From sequence record MN850611.1: a stretch of 64,000 nucleotides of DNA. The stretch is one strand, 5' to 3'. This DNA is from Escherichia phage nataliec. Made by a program: the position numbers and the translations under genes. Shown one piece after another: positions 35,465 through 45,806 of this stretch (the first letter of the stretch is position 1; each line of letters starts with the position of its first letter). Under the pieces are notes generated by a model, which was not told the origin of the DNA, searched no databases, and saw nothing but the letters and a program-made list of their open reading frames with translations.

Positions 35465-36568
35465 TTATTCGTAGTCTCGAATAACTAACCCAACAGGGAA
35501 CTGTAAAGACCCCTTACGAGTCATCTTCTGGAACTGAACCGTTAAAGGCTTCCCGATAAACTCTTCAGGATGCTCAGCAAGATACTGTTTCTTCTCATGA
35601 GTAGTCTTCCATGAGACATCTACAAAGACATTAGGGAGAGTCTCTACAACGAACTTTCCATGACCACGTTTATCGGTCTTGACACCAGTCACTTTAAACT
35701 CTTCAGTGTGCATCTTCTTATGCTTAATCAAGAAGTATGAACGGTGACCACACTCGTAGAAAGATTCTTCAGAGATTGAGCGGTACATTGCACCTTCAAA
35801 CTTAGCTTCAACCCACTTATCATGAGCTTCATCAAACTCTTCCCAAGAATTTACACGACGAGATTTAACAGGAACAACTTTACAACCGTCTCTAAAGTCA
35901 TTCAATGGTGAAGTCTCAATAATATCTCTACGCTCAGGCCACGTCTTAGTGCTGTCACAGATATCGTACCAGTAAAACTTGAGTAAATGTCGGTCAGGAT
36001 TGTCTTCATTTTTAATCATGGAGACAATATCTTCTAAGTCCTGCCCATGAGCATAGATTTCACCATCAAACTCATCAACATCTTTGTGGAGCCTCAACAT
36101 TGCCATAATGTCAGGTATTAGTTCAGTAGGGATTTTATAAACAGTATTCTCACGAGAGTATGCTGTAAATACACTACTGATGCTCAAGTGTCTTGAAATT
36201 CTACAACGTACACCATCCAGTTTCGGTTGAGCATCAGCAGGGAACTTCAGGTACTTTGCATGGCTAACCTTTGCAGCATCATGAGCAAGCTGTACACCAA
36301 CTTTCTCAGTATTCTGTGCAGACTCTTTTGTGTAAGCATAACCTTTACGGTCAACTTGCTTTTTATACTTAGCAGCAACTTCAAAGAGAGCTTGCTGTTC
36401 AGCATTACGCTCATTCTTTTTACCGATGTTTTTAGCTTCTGCTGTATACTCTTCAAACATCATCTTGCCATTTTCTTTACCGTAGGTTGTAATAACTTTG
36501 TCACCTACAGCAACACATGACCAGACGTTAAAAGAGCCGTCTTTATTTTGTTTGTACAGAATTGTCAT
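35465..36568 (-). CDS. ATP-dependent DNA ligase
   Basis: adenylation motif I 'KLDGVRC', 'FDGEIY', 'EGAMYRS', 'KHKK'; ~90-aa N-terminal extension. Confidence 0.7.
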   Translation of the reverse strand: MTILYKQNKDGSFNVWSCVAVGDKVITTYGKENGKMMFEEYTAEAKNIGKKNERNAEQQALFEVAAKYKKQVDRKGYAYTKESAQNTEKVGVQLAHDAAKVSHAKYLKFPADAQPKLDGVRCRISRHLSISSVFTAYSRENTVYKIPTELIPDIMAMLRLHKDVDEFDGEIYAHGQDLEDIVSMIKNEDNPDRHLLKFYWYDICDSTKTWPERRDIIETSPLNDFRDGCKVVPVKSRRVNSWEEFDEAHDKWVEAKFEGAMYRSISEESFYECGHRSYFLIKHKKMHTEEFKVTGVKTDKRGHGKFVVETLPNVFVDVSWKTTHEKKQYLAEHPEEFIGKPLTVQFQKMTRKGSLQFPVGLVIRDYE

Positions 36569-36870
36569 TTTCTCTTACCACCAATCTCTACGTCGATAAC
36601 TTGAACATCGCCAGCAACATCAAACTTATGTATGATGCTTTCCACAGTATAAGTCCAACCATCAATGCGAACCATCTCACCTTCTCGTGGAACTATTGGA
36701 TTACGTTGAGCTACAGTTGTAGTGGAGTGAACAACATCATAACGATAGATATAGTTTACTAGGACTTCCATCGTGAAAACCTCACTCAATAACCGTAGTA
36801 TGTGATTGTCCATTTTTGCCATAGCTGTAAGATGTTGTTGTTTGAGAGTTTGGACATCTGACAACAACAA
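36565..36870 (-). CDS. hypothetical protein (start uncertain; may begin at internal Met near 36771)
   Basis: track ORF overlaps 3' end of lipoprotein gene by ~88 nt. Confidence 0.35.
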   Translation of the reverse strand: MLLSDVQTLKQQHLTAMAKMDNHILRLLSEVFTMEVLVNYIYRYDVVHSTTTVAQRNPIVPREGEMVRIDGWTYTVESIIHKFDVAGDVQVIDVEIGGKRK

Positions 36871-37042
36871 TATCTCTGCTTATAGCATCACCATGTAACT
36901 TGTATACTCTGCAATCTTGCATCTCTGGTGGGAGGCTATAAGAAGCATTTTTATCTTCATAAGAAGGGTTGCAGCCAGATAGAAAAATAACACCAAGCGC
37001 AATCACCACTTTCCACATAACACTACTCCTATTACTGTTCAC
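36782..37042 (-). CDS. putative lipoprotein
   Basis: signal peptide plus lipobox 'VIFLSGC'. Confidence 0.55.
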   Translation of the reverse strand: MNSNRSSVMWKVVIALGVIFLSGCNPSYEDKNASYSLPPEMQDCRVYKLHGDAISRDIVVVRCPNSQTTTSYSYGKNGQSHTTVIE

Positions 37043-37274
37043 GATGTTCTACTTCTCTGTACGTTCGTCGATAGTATATAATAAGCTGTGCTAACTCGTT
37101 GCTTTTAACATCTGAACGTAGCAGTTGCCAATCAAAACCTTTACCGACTCTTCCATATAAACTAAACAGTTTTACTTTGCGTTTCATTTTGGTATACCAA
37201 TACTCAGAAGTCAATATTAATACGTTCGCCCTTAAGGACTCCAGTACGGTCTCTTGCAATCTTGCCGTCAACAA
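37032..37274 (-). CDS. hypothetical small protein
   Basis: track ORF; overlaps neighbour, start uncertain. Confidence 0.3.
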   Translation of the reverse strand: MLTARLQETVLESLRANVLILTSEYWYTKMKRKVKLFSLYGRVGKGFDWQLLRSDVKSNELAQLIIYYRRTYREVEHREQ

Positions 37275-37431
37275 TAAGGATATGTGCAGCCCTTAAAGAG
37301 TCACTATTAAAAGCTTTTACGAACTTACTAGGCATCACTACAATGGGCATCTCCTGAATCAACTCTGGAGTATAGCAATTGTCGTGAAGTTGCTGAATAA
37401 CGTCTGCAAGTGTCATTTTTGATGTCTCCAA
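37204..37431 (-). CDS. hypothetical small protein
   Basis: track ORF. Confidence 0.3.
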   Translation of the reverse strand: METSKMTLADVIQQLHDNCYTPELIQEMPIVVMPSKFVKAFNSDSLRAAHILIVDGKIARDRTGVLKGERINIDF

Positions 37432-37622
37432 TACTCAATGTCAATAAGTTCTTGTGCAATGCTTTTCAGATTACCTTTCAAGAAAACCTTCTCAGAACCT
37501 GAAAGAGATGAATTGTCAATTAACCTGTTCATTCTCTCAAACAACTTCTGCTTACGGTTCTTGATAGTTTCCTTTGAAGCACCTTTCATCATCGCTGCAT
37601 GGGTTCTTCCACGGTGACTCAT
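37413..37622 (-). CDS. hypothetical small basic protein
   Basis: track ORF. Confidence 0.35.
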   Translation of the reverse strand: MSHRGRTHAAMMKGASKETIKNRKQKLFERMNRLIDNSSLSGSEKVFLKGNLKSIAQELIDIEYWRHQK

Positions 37623-37673
37623 AAGCCCTCCTATACAAGATACAGTATAAGGTACTCTTCCCTGAGCACCTTG

Positions 37674-38177
37674 TCAACTTAGTTTTGCAAACTCTCCGTG
37701 GAGTTTTACAGCAGCTTCACAGTAAGCTTTATGGGCTTCTTCAGGGGTGTCAAATAAGCCAAGTGATGTCCTTTTACCTCTACATGTTATAGCAGCCCTC
37801 CATTTATTACAGTCTTTAAAGTAATGCACACCCTTGTAACCTGATTTGTTAGCTGTCTGCTTCACCCTGTTTTGGGCGTTTCCATACTTATCAGTCTCCC
37901 TAAGATTAGAGATATGATTATTACTCCTGTTACCATCAATGTGGTCTATCATCTTAGTGGGCCTGTAACCATGTTCGAACCACCAAACGAGGTGATGAAC
38001 TTTTATTACGACACCTTTGAATTTAAGTACTTTGTAACCATAAGCATCACTTCCTCCGGCAACCTGTCCAGCTTTAGCTTGTCTATTCCTGTCATACTTG
38101 TTGTAGAAGACCCCTTTGTCGGGGTCGTAAATAAAATTATCCTTGTAATCTTGAAGTGTTAGTGTACGGCGTACCAT
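37674..38177 (-). CDS. HNH homing endonuclease with AP2-like DNA-binding domain
   Basis: 'HHLVWWFEHGYRPTKMIDHIDGNRSNNHISNLR' HNH_3-type motif; C-terminal 'YKGVHYFKDCNKWRAAI...LGLFDTPEEA' AP2-like. Confidence 0.7.
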   Translation of the reverse strand: MVRRTLTLQDYKDNFIYDPDKGVFYNKYDRNRQAKAGQVAGGSDAYGYKVLKFKGVVIKVHHLVWWFEHGYRPTKMIDHIDGNRSNNHISNLRETDKYGNAQNRVKQTANKSGYKGVHYFKDCNKWRAAITCRGKRTSLGLFDTPEEAHKAYCEAAVKLHGEFAKLS

Positions 38178-40888
38178 GTCTTACCTACCTTACCAGTGCC
38201 TGTAACAAGTGTCTTACTCTTTAATCCAAGATTTTTTGATGCTTGACCATACATTCTATCAATAATCTCCTTAACATCAGGTACATCTTTTGTTGGAACC
38301 TCTAAAGAGACCTCATCGTGGTAACTACAGACCCACCTAGCACCAATAGCTGGTTTCCTACCATTTAGGACTGTAAGCTTGCGCTCTGTTAACTCTCTGT
38401 TAGCCAAGTTAATACCCTCATTCTGCACCTGAGCCTCACTGCCCATAAGTGTGTAATTCAATAACTTATGTGGAGATTTACACCATAACCACGCTCCAGC
38501 AACTTTGATGTACCCACCTTTCGCAATTGCAGAAGTTTTTCCAAAAACCTCTTCAAGTGCTTTCTTAGTTGCTTTGAAGTCTTCCTCTAGTCTATCAAGC
38601 AGCTTTTTAATCTTAGGGAGACGCACAAAGTAAGTTTGTTTAGTCAATGCACCTTCTTCCGTAGATGATGCCTTGATAGTTTTTGCAAACTTCTCGTCTC
38701 CGGCTCCAAATAATAGGGCGTAGATACCATTCTTAGCCTTCTTACGGCCTTTTGTAATCTCGTGAAGAAGTTCCTCATCCTGTGTCTCCCTACAACGAAC
38801 AATATCTTCTTCCTTGTTCAGACCAAAGTAAATGCTGTTCAGTGTATGTGCATCAGTACCTGTGTAGACTTCATAGAGGTCATTCTCAGCATCATAACGC
38901 AGATACTTGTCAGTTTCTGGGTTAAGATACTTGTCAAGATGCTTGCAGTAGTATCTACCATCATCTTGCTTAGTGAACTCAACTGACTCTTTACCCTCAG
39001 TTACCGCTTTAGTGAAGTCTTCATCACCCATAAAGTTACAAAGAAGAACTAGCTGGGCTGAGTTTTGGTCTACGGAGATGATATCTGTACCATCTTCACA
39101 AGTCCACACCTCCCTCATAGGTGCTCCATAGACAGCAGCACCAGACGGTACGTTTACAATACCATACTGAGTCATACGTCCAGTTGAAGTACCAAATACC
39201 ATTGCACCAGCACTAAGGCGACCATCTGGACGAATCTGGTTCAACCAACCTTTTTCATCATCCTTTGAGTTCTCAATAGTTCTGCGTCTGTGCATCAAAG
39301 TGTAGTATTTCGCAATCTTCTGTCCAAGCTCACCTTCAATCGTATCATAAGATGATTCAGTAAGTTTTGGTGAAGTACGGATTAAGCAAGGCTCAAGCAA
39401 ATCTGTGTACTTCTTCACAGACCAGTTATGTTCAATGTACTGTACACCTTCATGTTCAACATAACTCAAACCACACCGCTCAACCATTTCCTGCCACTTA
39501 GGATGCTTTGTAATCATCTTTTTATTGTCTTTGAAACGACAAACTTTGACAGGGCGACCATCTGAGTCTTTCTTGTAGTTCCAGTCATCTGGAATCCAAC
39601 CAACTGACTTCAAGTAGTCTTTAACAACTGCTACCTGAGTCATACGAGAAACTTCAAACTCAATTGGTGTATATGGTGCATCAATCAAACCTGTGTAGCG
39701 ACTTGACTCAAGTTCAAAGTGGTTAACAACGTGGCTGTTATAGTACTTCACAGTTTTGACTGTTTTTACTGGCTTCCAGTCTTTGCACTTCTTACCAATC
39801 TTTGCATTCAACTCATTGCAAATTGCACGAGCATCCTTCATTGCTACAAAACCTTCCTTGTATTCTTCACCAGTTACAGAGTTGGTTGGTGTATAGCAAT
39901 TCCGCTTTTCAATGTTAAAAATCTTTGTAGTTGGCTTACCAAATGGCTTGATTTCGTATGTCTGCATCTCACCGTTACGCACCTGTTGACGATACTTTGT
40001 CTTAGGATACTTGGTAATTCTCTTCAGTCCATCTGCATGACCGAATGTTTCAACATACTCATTCCAAGCTTTTGCAAACTCTTCTCCAGTGACTTTACCT
40101 TTGGTCTTAATAGTTGGAGGAAGGTGTGGTTCAACCTCTGAAGCAAGCTCATTAGTCAACTTGTCAAGTTCCTTTACATGGAACTCCATAAGCTCTTTAT
40201 CAGCTTTCCAACCATTGATAGCTTGTTGACTCATCCAGAAAGATGTTTCTTTAGCTCGCATGTAAGTCTCATAAGTGTCTATACCACACTTCTTAAGCTT
40301 GAGATACTCGTTATCAAGTGCCCGTTTAGTTTTGGCGTTAATACGGATATCTTCTACAACACGAGTGAAGATTTCTGCATTCCACACACCCCAATGTTCA
40401 ATCTCTGGTTTACGGACACCAACACGAGCACCCCATGCAGCCAAACCATGAGCACCTTTATAACCCTTTGGAGTTGGTCTATCCATCCACTGAACACGAG
40501 ACTGGATAAGAGAATCCTGAAAGAAATTACTCCACGGCTTACACTTTGGATTATCAAAGTTCCATAAATCAGGTGCAATGTGATTGAAAACCCACCAGTC
40601 ATAACCGAGACCGTTATGGATGCAAAGACGTTTTGCCTTTAGCGCAAACTCAATACCTTCACGTAAGCCACCCTTAATGTACTTAGTGTACTTGTGACCG
40701 AGGATAGGTTCATCTGTAAAGACCCATACAGGTGGCTCTTCATCGTCAGATTTATAGTCTGCGAAAGCCATTACGTGCACTTTAGTGAACTCAAGGAGTA
40801 AACCATCAGTTTCTGTATCACCAACCAAATGTAAGTTTTTAAAATCTACGTTTTCCATTTTTACTCCCTCTAAAATCATTAACCTCAT
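38159..40888 (-). CDS. DNA polymerase, family A, with N-terminal 3'-5' exonuclease-like domain
   Basis: 909 aa; motif B-like 'KKAKNGIYALLFGAG', motif C 'SYHDEVSLEV'. Confidence 0.8.
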   Translation of the reverse strand: MRLMILEGVKMENVDFKNLHLVGDTETDGLLLEFTKVHVMAFADYKSDDEEPPVWVFTDEPILGHKYTKYIKGGLREGIEFALKAKRLCIHNGLGYDWWVFNHIAPDLWNFDNPKCKPWSNFFQDSLIQSRVQWMDRPTPKGYKGAHGLAAWGARVGVRKPEIEHWGVWNAEIFTRVVEDIRINAKTKRALDNEYLKLKKCGIDTYETYMRAKETSFWMSQQAINGWKADKELMEFHVKELDKLTNELASEVEPHLPPTIKTKGKVTGEEFAKAWNEYVETFGHADGLKRITKYPKTKYRQQVRNGEMQTYEIKPFGKPTTKIFNIEKRNCYTPTNSVTGEEYKEGFVAMKDARAICNELNAKIGKKCKDWKPVKTVKTVKYYNSHVVNHFELESSRYTGLIDAPYTPIEFEVSRMTQVAVVKDYLKSVGWIPDDWNYKKDSDGRPVKVCRFKDNKKMITKHPKWQEMVERCGLSYVEHEGVQYIEHNWSVKKYTDLLEPCLIRTSPKLTESSYDTIEGELGQKIAKYYTLMHRRRTIENSKDDEKGWLNQIRPDGRLSAGAMVFGTSTGRMTQYGIVNVPSGAAVYGAPMREVWTCEDGTDIISVDQNSAQLVLLCNFMGDEDFTKAVTEGKESVEFTKQDDGRYYCKHLDKYLNPETDKYLRYDAENDLYEVYTGTDAHTLNSIYFGLNKEEDIVRCRETQDEELLHEITKGRKKAKNGIYALLFGAGDEKFAKTIKASSTEEGALTKQTYFVRLPKIKKLLDRLEEDFKATKKALEEVFGKTSAIAKGGYIKVAGAWLWCKSPHKLLNYTLMGSEAQVQNEGINLANRELTERKLTVLNGRKPAIGARWVCSYHDEVSLEVPTKDVPDVKEIIDRMYGQASKNLGLKSKTLVTGTGKVGKTWYAVH

Positions 40889-41115
40889 ACATTACTGCAA
40901 AAAATTATAAAAAGCAAGTTGACAATGCACTTGACAAGGTGTTAATCTTTGCGAAGTGGGTTTTTACTTAAAAGGTTACTTAACAGTTTAACTATACAGA
41001 TACTTTAAAACTCTTAAAAGATTATTTAATAGCTTTTAAAAAGCTTTAAAGTATAACGTATAGAATACGTTAAGATAAAAGATTAAAACTTAATAGTTAC
41101 TTAAAAGAGGCTTAC
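40889..41115. promoter_or_regulatory. divergent AT-rich control region between DNA polymerase (-) and plus-strand block; TTGACA boxes and repeated 'tacttaaaag' motifs
   Basis: TTGACA at 40919 and 40931; direct repeats of (t)tacttaa(a)ag at about 40967, 40978, 41095. Confidence 0.4.
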
Positions 41116-41538
41116 ATGCAGAAAATGTTTGTTCACCCAGACATAGCTGACTTTGTTAGAGCTTTGCAGAAGTTGGAAGAACTTGACATTGCTGCTCAAC
41201 GGGAATATGCTCACCATCACAGGAGAATGGTTGATATACAACATGAAATAGAGTTATCTGAAAACTATGAAGATGACTTAAAATGCTCTGTATTTGAGCA
41301 TATGAAAGATGTTGCTACAGCGAGACGTAAAGCTAAAGACACAGTTGCTTTACTAGATTCTCTTAAAAAGAGGTTGCAAAGTGGTACAGACCTGTGTAAT
41401 CTAGCGTCACTGATTAACGATGTTGAAACTTCTTGGGATAGGCACTATTATCCACGTTCTGAAAAGACACTTGACTTTTCTTCATCCGAAAACTTAAAAT
41501 GTTCTAGAAAGAAACTTAACCAACTGAGAGAGAAATAA
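41116..41538 (+). CDS. hypothetical protein
   Basis: track ORF. Confidence 0.45.
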   Translation: MQKMFVHPDIADFVRALQKLEELDIAAQREYAHHHRRMVDIQHEIELSENYEDDLKCSVFEHMKDVATARRKAKDTVALLDSLKKRLQSGTDLCNLASLINDVETSWDRHYYPRSEKTLDFSSSENLKCSRKKLNQLREK

Positions 41539-41539
41539 T

Positions 41540-42340
41540 ATGAATATCGATGTAGAAAAGATGCTTGAAGAAAAAGGTATTGACGAAGCATTTTTAATCA
41601 ATGCCGTAGAAAGTATGGCTATGATTCTTCGTGGGAACAACTACACAGAACAGTTTATGCCTTCAAGCTATAACTTGCCTGAAGACAAGTCTGATAACGG
41701 TGCTTTTGCAGAACAGGTTAACATGATGTTGACAGACACTACACTTGCTCTGGCATCTATTGCGGTTGGTGTTGATGCACTTGCTGAGTTCATTTTTTAT
41801 GAAATGCAAAAGAATGACTATATCAGGATGTCAGACGAAGATAAGGAACTGTTGCTGACTAAGGACACTGATTTCATTATTGATACGCTTATCTCATCAA
41901 CAAGTGCTGTTATGGCTGCTCTTGAGAAGCGTATGGAAGAGAAACTTTCACGGTATGAAAAGCTTGATTGGGGCGTAGAAGAATTAAGCCCACGAATCAA
42001 GGAGATTATCCAGCAAACTAAAGAGTCTTTGGAAGAAGCTGTTGAAAATGACTCTGTAGCTGATATAGAACCACTTCAGGTGAAAGTTGCACTGATGATT
42101 CCAGCTATCTCTACGATGATGAATATCGTTGCACTAATCCAACTTTCACAGATGATGGGTATGAGTATTGAGTTCATTGAGGAGATGACTGGCGGTGTCA
42201 GTATGCAAGCAATCAATGATGTTTTGGTGAATATTGGTGCTTCAATCATTGAAGAGAAACTACGCATTAACTTCGGTGATGATTTTGTGAAGCAAATCTC
42301 AGCTATGGCTGAAAAAGAGTCTGCTGAGCAACTGCACTAA
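41540..42340 (+). CDS. hypothetical protein
   Basis: track ORF followed by terminator. Confidence 0.45.
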   Translation: MNIDVEKMLEEKGIDEAFLINAVESMAMILRGNNYTEQFMPSSYNLPEDKSDNGAFAEQVNMMLTDTTLALASIAVGVDALAEFIFYEMQKNDYIRMSDEDKELLLTKDTDFIIDTLISSTSAVMAALEKRMEEKLSRYEKLDWGVEELSPRIKEIIQQTKESLEEAVENDSVADIEPLQVKVALMIPAISTMMNIVALIQLSQMMGMSIEFIEEMTGGVSMQAINDVLVNIGASIIEEKLRINFGDDFVKQISAMAEKESAEQLH

Positions 42341-42357
42341 GTCTTTATAAGTCTTAC

Positions 42358-42383
42358 AAGCCTCCTTAGTTGGGGGCTTTTTA
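42358..42383 (+). terminator. Rho-independent terminator
   Basis: aagcctcc / gggggctt stem + TTTTT. Confidence 0.5.
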
Positions 42384-42401
42384 GTAATTAATGGGGATAA
42401 A

Positions 42402-43145
42402 ATGAGTAATATTATCGCATTTACTGGAAAGGCACGTTCTGGAAAAGACACCTCATGCTCTATTGTGAAGAACATCTTAGAGGATGAGTACGGCTACAAT
42501 GTTGCAGTAATGGCCTATGCAGACAACCTTAAGCTATCTGCATCAAGGATATTTGACCTAACTTGGAATGACCTGTATGGTGAAACTAAAGAGACTCCAC
42601 AGGTTTTTGACTTATCATATCCTGAACTAATGGTCAAAGTTACTGAAGCTATGGAGTTCACCTTCAAAGGCGAACGTTACCATATGGATTTTAAGCTTAT
42701 GTCAGAGTTAACCGGACGATTAATCATGGAGCTTAAGAAGGTTGCTAAACCGACTCTATTAACACGTCTGGGATTTAGCAAAAAGTATAGATTTTCATCA
42801 AGGCAAATTCAACAGATTTGGGGCACTGAAGTTATCCGTAAAGTTATGGGTGACAAGTTCTGGTCTAAAGACCTCGAAAAACGAATGGTAAATTTCTTTG
42901 ATGTTTGCTCACTTAGAAATCAAGAAGGTGTTGTTTTAATCAGTGATTTAAGATTTGACTCTGAAGCTGAGTGGCTGAGTAGATTTGCACACCAAACTAT
43001 TGAAGTAAAAAGAGACAATGTGGACAAAGTTTCATCACATGTTTCAGAAAATGGCATTTCTACAAAATATGAGCGTGACATTATTCATAATAATGGTACT
43101 CTTGAAGACCTTGAGAGCAAACTAAGAGCTATCCTGAAGATTTAA
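42402..43145 (+). CDS. deoxynucleoside monophosphate kinase (putative)
   Basis: N-terminal P-loop 'IIAFTGKARSGKDT' resembling phage dNMP kinases. Confidence 0.6.
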   Translation: MSNIIAFTGKARSGKDTSCSIVKNILEDEYGYNVAVMAYADNLKLSASRIFDLTWNDLYGETKETPQVFDLSYPELMVKVTEAMEFTFKGERYHMDFKLMSELTGRLIMELKKVAKPTLLTRLGFSKKYRFSSRQIQQIWGTEVIRKVMGDKFWSKDLEKRMVNFFDVCSLRNQEGVVLISDLRFDSEAEWLSRFAHQTIEVKRDNVDKVSSHVSENGISTKYERDIIHNNGTLEDLESKLRAILKI

Positions 43146-43153
43146 AAGAGAGA

Positions 43154-43354
43154 ATGAAGATGAGAGTAAAAGACAATTTTAAAGTTATTGACCACCGTTT
43201 AGTGGAACTCTCATCTCTTTCCAATGAGGTAATGATTGAACGTCTTAAGAGAGTTGAATCACGAAGGAAAGAGATTGCAGATGAAATTCATGAACTGGAC
43301 AAGATTGAAAATGGATTGAAGGCAGAACTACAACGAAGAGGTGCTAATGTCTAA
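43154..43354 (+). CDS. hypothetical small coiled-coil protein
   Basis: track ORF. Confidence 0.4.
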   Translation: MKMRVKDNFKVIDHRLVELSSLSNEVMIERLKRVESRRKEIADEIHELDKIENGLKAELQRRGANV

Positions 43355-45332
43355 AGGTCGTAAATTGAAAGAGGCTGGTCAGTTTGTTGGTCATTGTGCA
43401 TGTCCACGTTGTGGTTCATCAGATGCTGGTTCAATCTATCATCATGACGATGATTCTTATTCGATGACTTGCTTTAGTTGTAACAAAGGTTTCCCAGAGT
43501 GGGATTTTGATAAAGGACAAATCGTGAGCACTTATTCTACTGGTTCAGACAATAAAAACCGTACTTTCCGTGGGATGGATTTAGACGATGTAAAAGACAA
43601 CCTTGAAGCAATGGACTTAAAGGACAGGAAGATTCCTGCAAAAGTTCTTGAGCGTTTGGGTATCAAGGTTGACATTGATAGTGACGGTGAAATTGATGCG
43701 CATTTCTACCCAACTTACAAACGCAATGAAGATGGCAAGCTAGAGCATGTTGGCTACCGTGTTCGTCACCGTTACCCAGAAGACCATCCAAAAGAGCACC
43801 TACGCGGTAAGTTAAAAGACTTTTCTGGTGGTGTTGGAGATATTAAAGGTGAACTGGCAATGTTCGGTTCATGGATTGCTCCAGAAGGTGGTAACCGCCT
43901 ATTCATCTGGGAAGGTGAGATGGAATGTGCGACAGCAATCTATATGACTTCTCTTGCGATTAAGGACAAGTCTCGTCGTAAGAATTACTGTCACGTATCT
44001 GTTCCATCAGGTGCAAACATCAAGTCTATCAAAGATAACTATCAGTACATTACATCATTTGATGAAATTTACTTGTGCTTTGATAACGATGAAGCAGGTG
44101 CTAAAGCCACTAAAGAGGCTGCTGGTATCCTACCTATTGAGAAGGTTCGTTTATTCCAGTATCCAGAAGGTGTAAAAGACCTTAATGAATGGTGGACAAA
44201 GTTCTATAAAGAGAAAGATACAGTTCTGGAAGGATTTAAGCAGCGTATCTACAATGCACCTCGTTACTGTCCTGCTGGTATCAAGAACTTCGCAGATGGT
44301 TTTGAGGCAATGAAGAATCGTGGTCAGATTCCATTGATTCCTTTCCCAGAATCTTTCGGAGATTTGAACAGGCTGACTTATGGCGGTTACGGTTTAGGTG
44401 AGATTACAACTCTGGCAGCACCATCTTCAGTGGGTAAATCAGCATACACTCGTGAAATGATTTATACTGCTTGGAAAGATACCGATTACAATATTGGTGT
44501 AATTCCTGTAGAGGATACCTATGAAGAGTTGATGGAGATGCTCTGTGCAATCCACCTTAGCAAGCAGATTTCTGAGATTCCTTATGACGAACGTGATTGG
44601 GATGAATTGAAGGAAGCACACGCAGAACTATCTAAAGGTCGTCGTATCCACATCGTTGACCATCAAGGGGCAATTGACCAAGATAACTTGCTGGAATTTG
44701 TTGACTATCTTGTTAACAGTTTAGACTGTAAGATTATTATTCTTGACCCTATTACGTTGGCTCTGTCACGTTCAGATACGGATGAAGAGGAAGTTTTGTC
44801 TGAGCTATTGCGTCGTTGCAAACGCTACCAGTATGCACAGGTGAACGTCTGTCACGTTCGTAAGAGTGCAGGTGGTCAGAAGGCTAACTCTGAAGGTGGA
44901 GATATCTCTGAAGAGGATATTAAAGGCTCTGGTGCGTATTTCCAGATTTCTATGAACAACATTCTGTTAATGCGTAACAAGGTTGACCCAGACCCTGTTA
45001 AGAAAAACTTGACAAAAATCAAGTTAACTAAATGTCGTCGTCACGGTAAGTCAACTGGTATTGCTGGACACACTTGGTACAATCCAGATACAGGACGCCT
45101 CATTAAAGCATCTGGTTGTGGAGTTGACATTGATGGTGCAGCAGAAAATATTCGCCAACAGTTTGGTATTGGTGAAGCTGAAGACCATTACGATGACTCT
45201 TTGCCACATTATGAGGATGAAGTGTTTGACCGTGAGACTGGTGAAGTCTATACTGAAGAGCAGCGTCAAAGCTCAACGATTCCACCTGTATTAAGTGAGG
45301 ATGCAGATGACTGCCCATTCGAAACTGAGTGA
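43341..45332 (+). CDS. DNA primase-helicase (T7 gp4-like bifunctional)
   Basis: N-terminal Cys4 zinc ribbon (CPRCGSSD...CFSCN), central primase-like region, C-terminal DnaB-type Walker A 'APSSVGKSAYT'. Confidence 0.75.
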   Translation: MLMSKGRKLKEAGQFVGHCACPRCGSSDAGSIYHHDDDSYSMTCFSCNKGFPEWDFDKGQIVSTYSTGSDNKNRTFRGMDLDDVKDNLEAMDLKDRKIPAKVLERLGIKVDIDSDGEIDAHFYPTYKRNEDGKLEHVGYRVRHRYPEDHPKEHLRGKLKDFSGGVGDIKGELAMFGSWIAPEGGNRLFIWEGEMECATAIYMTSLAIKDKSRRKNYCHVSVPSGANIKSIKDNYQYITSFDEIYLCFDNDEAGAKATKEAAGILPIEKVRLFQYPEGVKDLNEWWTKFYKEKDTVLEGFKQRIYNAPRYCPAGIKNFADGFEAMKNRGQIPLIPFPESFGDLNRLTYGGYGLGEITTLAAPSSVGKSAYTREMIYTAWKDTDYNIGVIPVEDTYEELMEMLCAIHLSKQISEIPYDERDWDELKEAHAELSKGRRIHIVDHQGAIDQDNLLEFVDYLVNSLDCKIIILDPITLALSRSDTDEEEVLSELLRRCKRYQYAQVNVCHVRKSAGGQKANSEGGDISEEDIKGSGAYFQISMNNILLMRNKVDPDPVKKNLTKIKLTKCRRHGKSTGIAGHTWYNPDTGRLIKASGCGVDIDGAAENIRQQFGIGEAEDHYDDSLPHYEDEVFDRETGEVYTEEQRQSSTIPPVLSEDADDCPFETE

Positions 45333-45402
45333 TAGTTATAAAAGAGAGAGGTTCATACCCTTCTTTGAAGAAAAAAGTTTAAATAAATTTCAGGAAGAGT
45401 GT

Positions 45403-45431
45403 TTGACAAAGGTTGATAGGTTCTATAGAAT
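45403..45431 (+). promoter_or_regulatory. sigma70-like promoter TTGACA-17-TAGAAT
   Basis: exact -35 and near-consensus -10, 17-nt spacer. Confidence 0.5.
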
Positions 45432-45584
45432 GCTCTACATGAAATGTGATGGTGGTGTCGAAGTAGAGAAAAAGTCCTATCACAATACTGTCACAGTCAT
45501 CATCACTATGCCTGAACATAATATTGGTTGGCTGTTTGTAATAAAAGAAAATGTGTTTGAATATCAAGTATATCGGAGAATATC

Positions 45585-45734
45585 ATGAAACACTCTAAAG
45601 CATTTGAAAAAGTTTTTGGGGATTCTTTAAAAGCCACTGCTGGAAAACCAGCAAAATACTATGAAGAGAAGCGTGTAAGAACTGGAAAAACTGCACGTAA
45701 AGCAACTTCTAAAGATAAGCACAACTTCCAGTAA
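45585..45734 (+). CDS. small lysine-rich basic protein (49 aa)
   Basis: ATG with GGAGA RBS; not in ORF track (below 60 aa); between two promoters. Confidence 0.35.
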   Translation: MKHSKAFEKVFGDSLKATAGKPAKYYEEKRVRTGKTARKATSKDKHNFQ

Positions 45735-45741
45735 TTAATGT

Positions 45742-45770
45742 TTGACAATAGAGTATCAACAAATTAGAAT
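45742..45770 (+). promoter_or_regulatory. sigma70-like promoter TTGACA-17-TAGAAT
   Basis: same architecture as 45403-45431; upstream of SSB-like gene. Confidence 0.5.
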
Positions 45771-45806
45771 TGGTACTCTTCATAAATTGAGATAGAGGTT
45801 TAAATA

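Noticed and set aside
38762-40567. Plus-strand ORFs (38762-38986, 39719-40141, 40178-40567) inside the DNA polymerase gene
   Set aside because: Antisense to a 909-aa polymerase ORF with conserved motifs; low-complexity hydrophobic translations.
45295-45588. 97-aa ORF overlapping the primase-helicase 3' end
   Set aside because: Contains a consensus promoter (45403-45431) and runs through an apparently intergenic AT-rich region; more likely regulatory sequence followed by the small ORF at 45585.
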